Origin: a virus
Lineage: Duplodnaviria > Heunggongvirae > Uroviricota > Caudoviricetes
IMG/VR virus record: IMGVR_UViG_3300034102_002845
Direction: 5' to 3' (one strand)
DNA: 64,000 bases
Part shown: one piece after another, positions 63,213-64,000 of the stretch
Layout of the letters: every line of letters starts with the position of its first letter
How positions within the stretch are numbered: position 1 is the first letter of the stretch
Notes under the pieces: generated by a model
Told to the model about the DNA's origin: nothing
Seen by the model: the letters and a program-made list of their open reading frames with translations, nothing else
The model's database searches: none
Made by a program: the position numbers and the translations under genes

Positions 63213-63448
63213 CATCGAATGCTATCCTCGTTGATTTTAGACTCAACCGCCTGCCCCTGGTGCGGGTCCCCAACCTACACGTGGGGCAACGTACTTCCCG
63301 GTCAGTCTACACCAGGTCTAGGAGCCTACGACTCAAGGGAGCGGGAGCATCGCACTTGTGTAGAGTGTAAGGCCACTGTTTCTTAGTGCTACCTTGCTCC
63401 CCGCAAATAGCTCAGGTCCGTTCACTCCTCTTAAACCAACTTGGAAAA

Positions 63449-64000
63449 ATGACAACTTTTGACAAATGCCTCGGAGCCTTTATTGGCCTTGCAATTGGTG
63501 ACGCGATGGGTGCGCCAGTGGAGTTTTCAGCCCCAGGGACATTCGAGCCAGTCACAGGCTACCGAGAAGGAGGACCCTTTAATCTGCCTTCAGGGTACTG
63601 GACGGACGACACATCGCAGGCTGTTTGCCTTGCCGAGTCTTTTATTCATTGCAATGGGCAGATCAATCTTGGAGACCAAATGCGTCGGTACTCCAACTGG
63701 TACGAGTACGGAAGGAACAGCTCAACAGGAGTCTGTTTTGACATCGGCAATGGAACACTCCGTGCAATTGAGACTTTTCTCGTTGAGGGGTCTTTGAGTC
63801 TCTATCCGGAGAATTCGAAAGGAAACGGGTCTTTGATGCGTTTGTCCCCCGTTTCTATTGTTTACCACAAATCGAGTGAGGGGGACGCTGTAGCAGCTTG
63901 TGACGCGTCATCCTCAACAACCCATGGCCACTTGGCATCCGACCTATGCAAAGATCTCGGTCGTTTGCTGCACCGATACTTGAATGGTACGGGGGAGAAA
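63449..64000 (+). CDS. ADP-ribosylglycohydrolase (DraG/ARH family), runs off the window; not in ORF track
   Basis: GLAIGDAMGAPVEF, G.WTDDTS, GNGSLMR motifs, read from ATG 63449. Confidence 0.9.
   Translation, partial: MTTFDKCLGAFIGLAIGDAMGAPVEFSAPGTFEPVTGYREGGPFNLPSGYWTDDTSQAVCLAESFIHCNGQINLGDQMRRYSNWYEYGRNSSTGVCFDIGNGTLRAIETFLVEGSLSLYPENSKGNGSLMRLSPVSIVYHKSSEGDAVAACDASSSTTHGHLASDLCKDLGRLLHRYLNGTGEK

Noticed and set aside
63459-63797. Track ORF of 112 aa
   Set aside because: Wrong frame; the overlapping frame from 63449 encodes the ADP-ribosylglycohydrolase motifs.

Overview
Part of a large lytic dsDNA phage genome. The host is probably a picocyanobacterium (Synechococcus/Cyanobium type), inferred from a two-piece tmRNA with an ANNIV-type tag, a short cyanobacterial-type EF-Ts and an SwmB-like domain. 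Every credible gene lies on the + strand. The window holds about 90 mostly short hypothetical CDSs, driven by about 35 copies of one sigma70-like promoter with an upstream GGCGGTTWMC box. It also holds about 45 tRNA genes covering all 20 amino acids, none with an encoded CCA that I could see. Translation and RNA-maintenance genes include a CCA-adding enzyme, a Thg1-like protein, a 2H phosphoesterase, a cyclic-phosphate receiver domain, a Pol-beta nucleotidyltransferase, EF-Ts and the tmRNA. The most unusual content is non-coding RNA between about 18.3 and 32 kb: tRNA-operon leaders that copy rRNA boxB/boxA-type signals, a complete HDV-like ribozyme fold, an apparently circularly permuted tRNA, a family of tRNA-scaffold RNAs with foreign domains in place of or beside the anticodon arm, mini-tRNAs, a triple-T-loop RNA, a kissing-loop RNA and a three-copy 50-nt element. 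Other genes include a vanadium haloperoxidase with an SwmB-like N-terminus, orphan HicB- and HigA-type antitoxins, a DNA ligase preceded by a homing endonuclease and a stub of its own 5' end, and several frameshifted genes. All RNA structures were folded by eye and no database searches were run. I found no rRNA genes and no CRISPR array.
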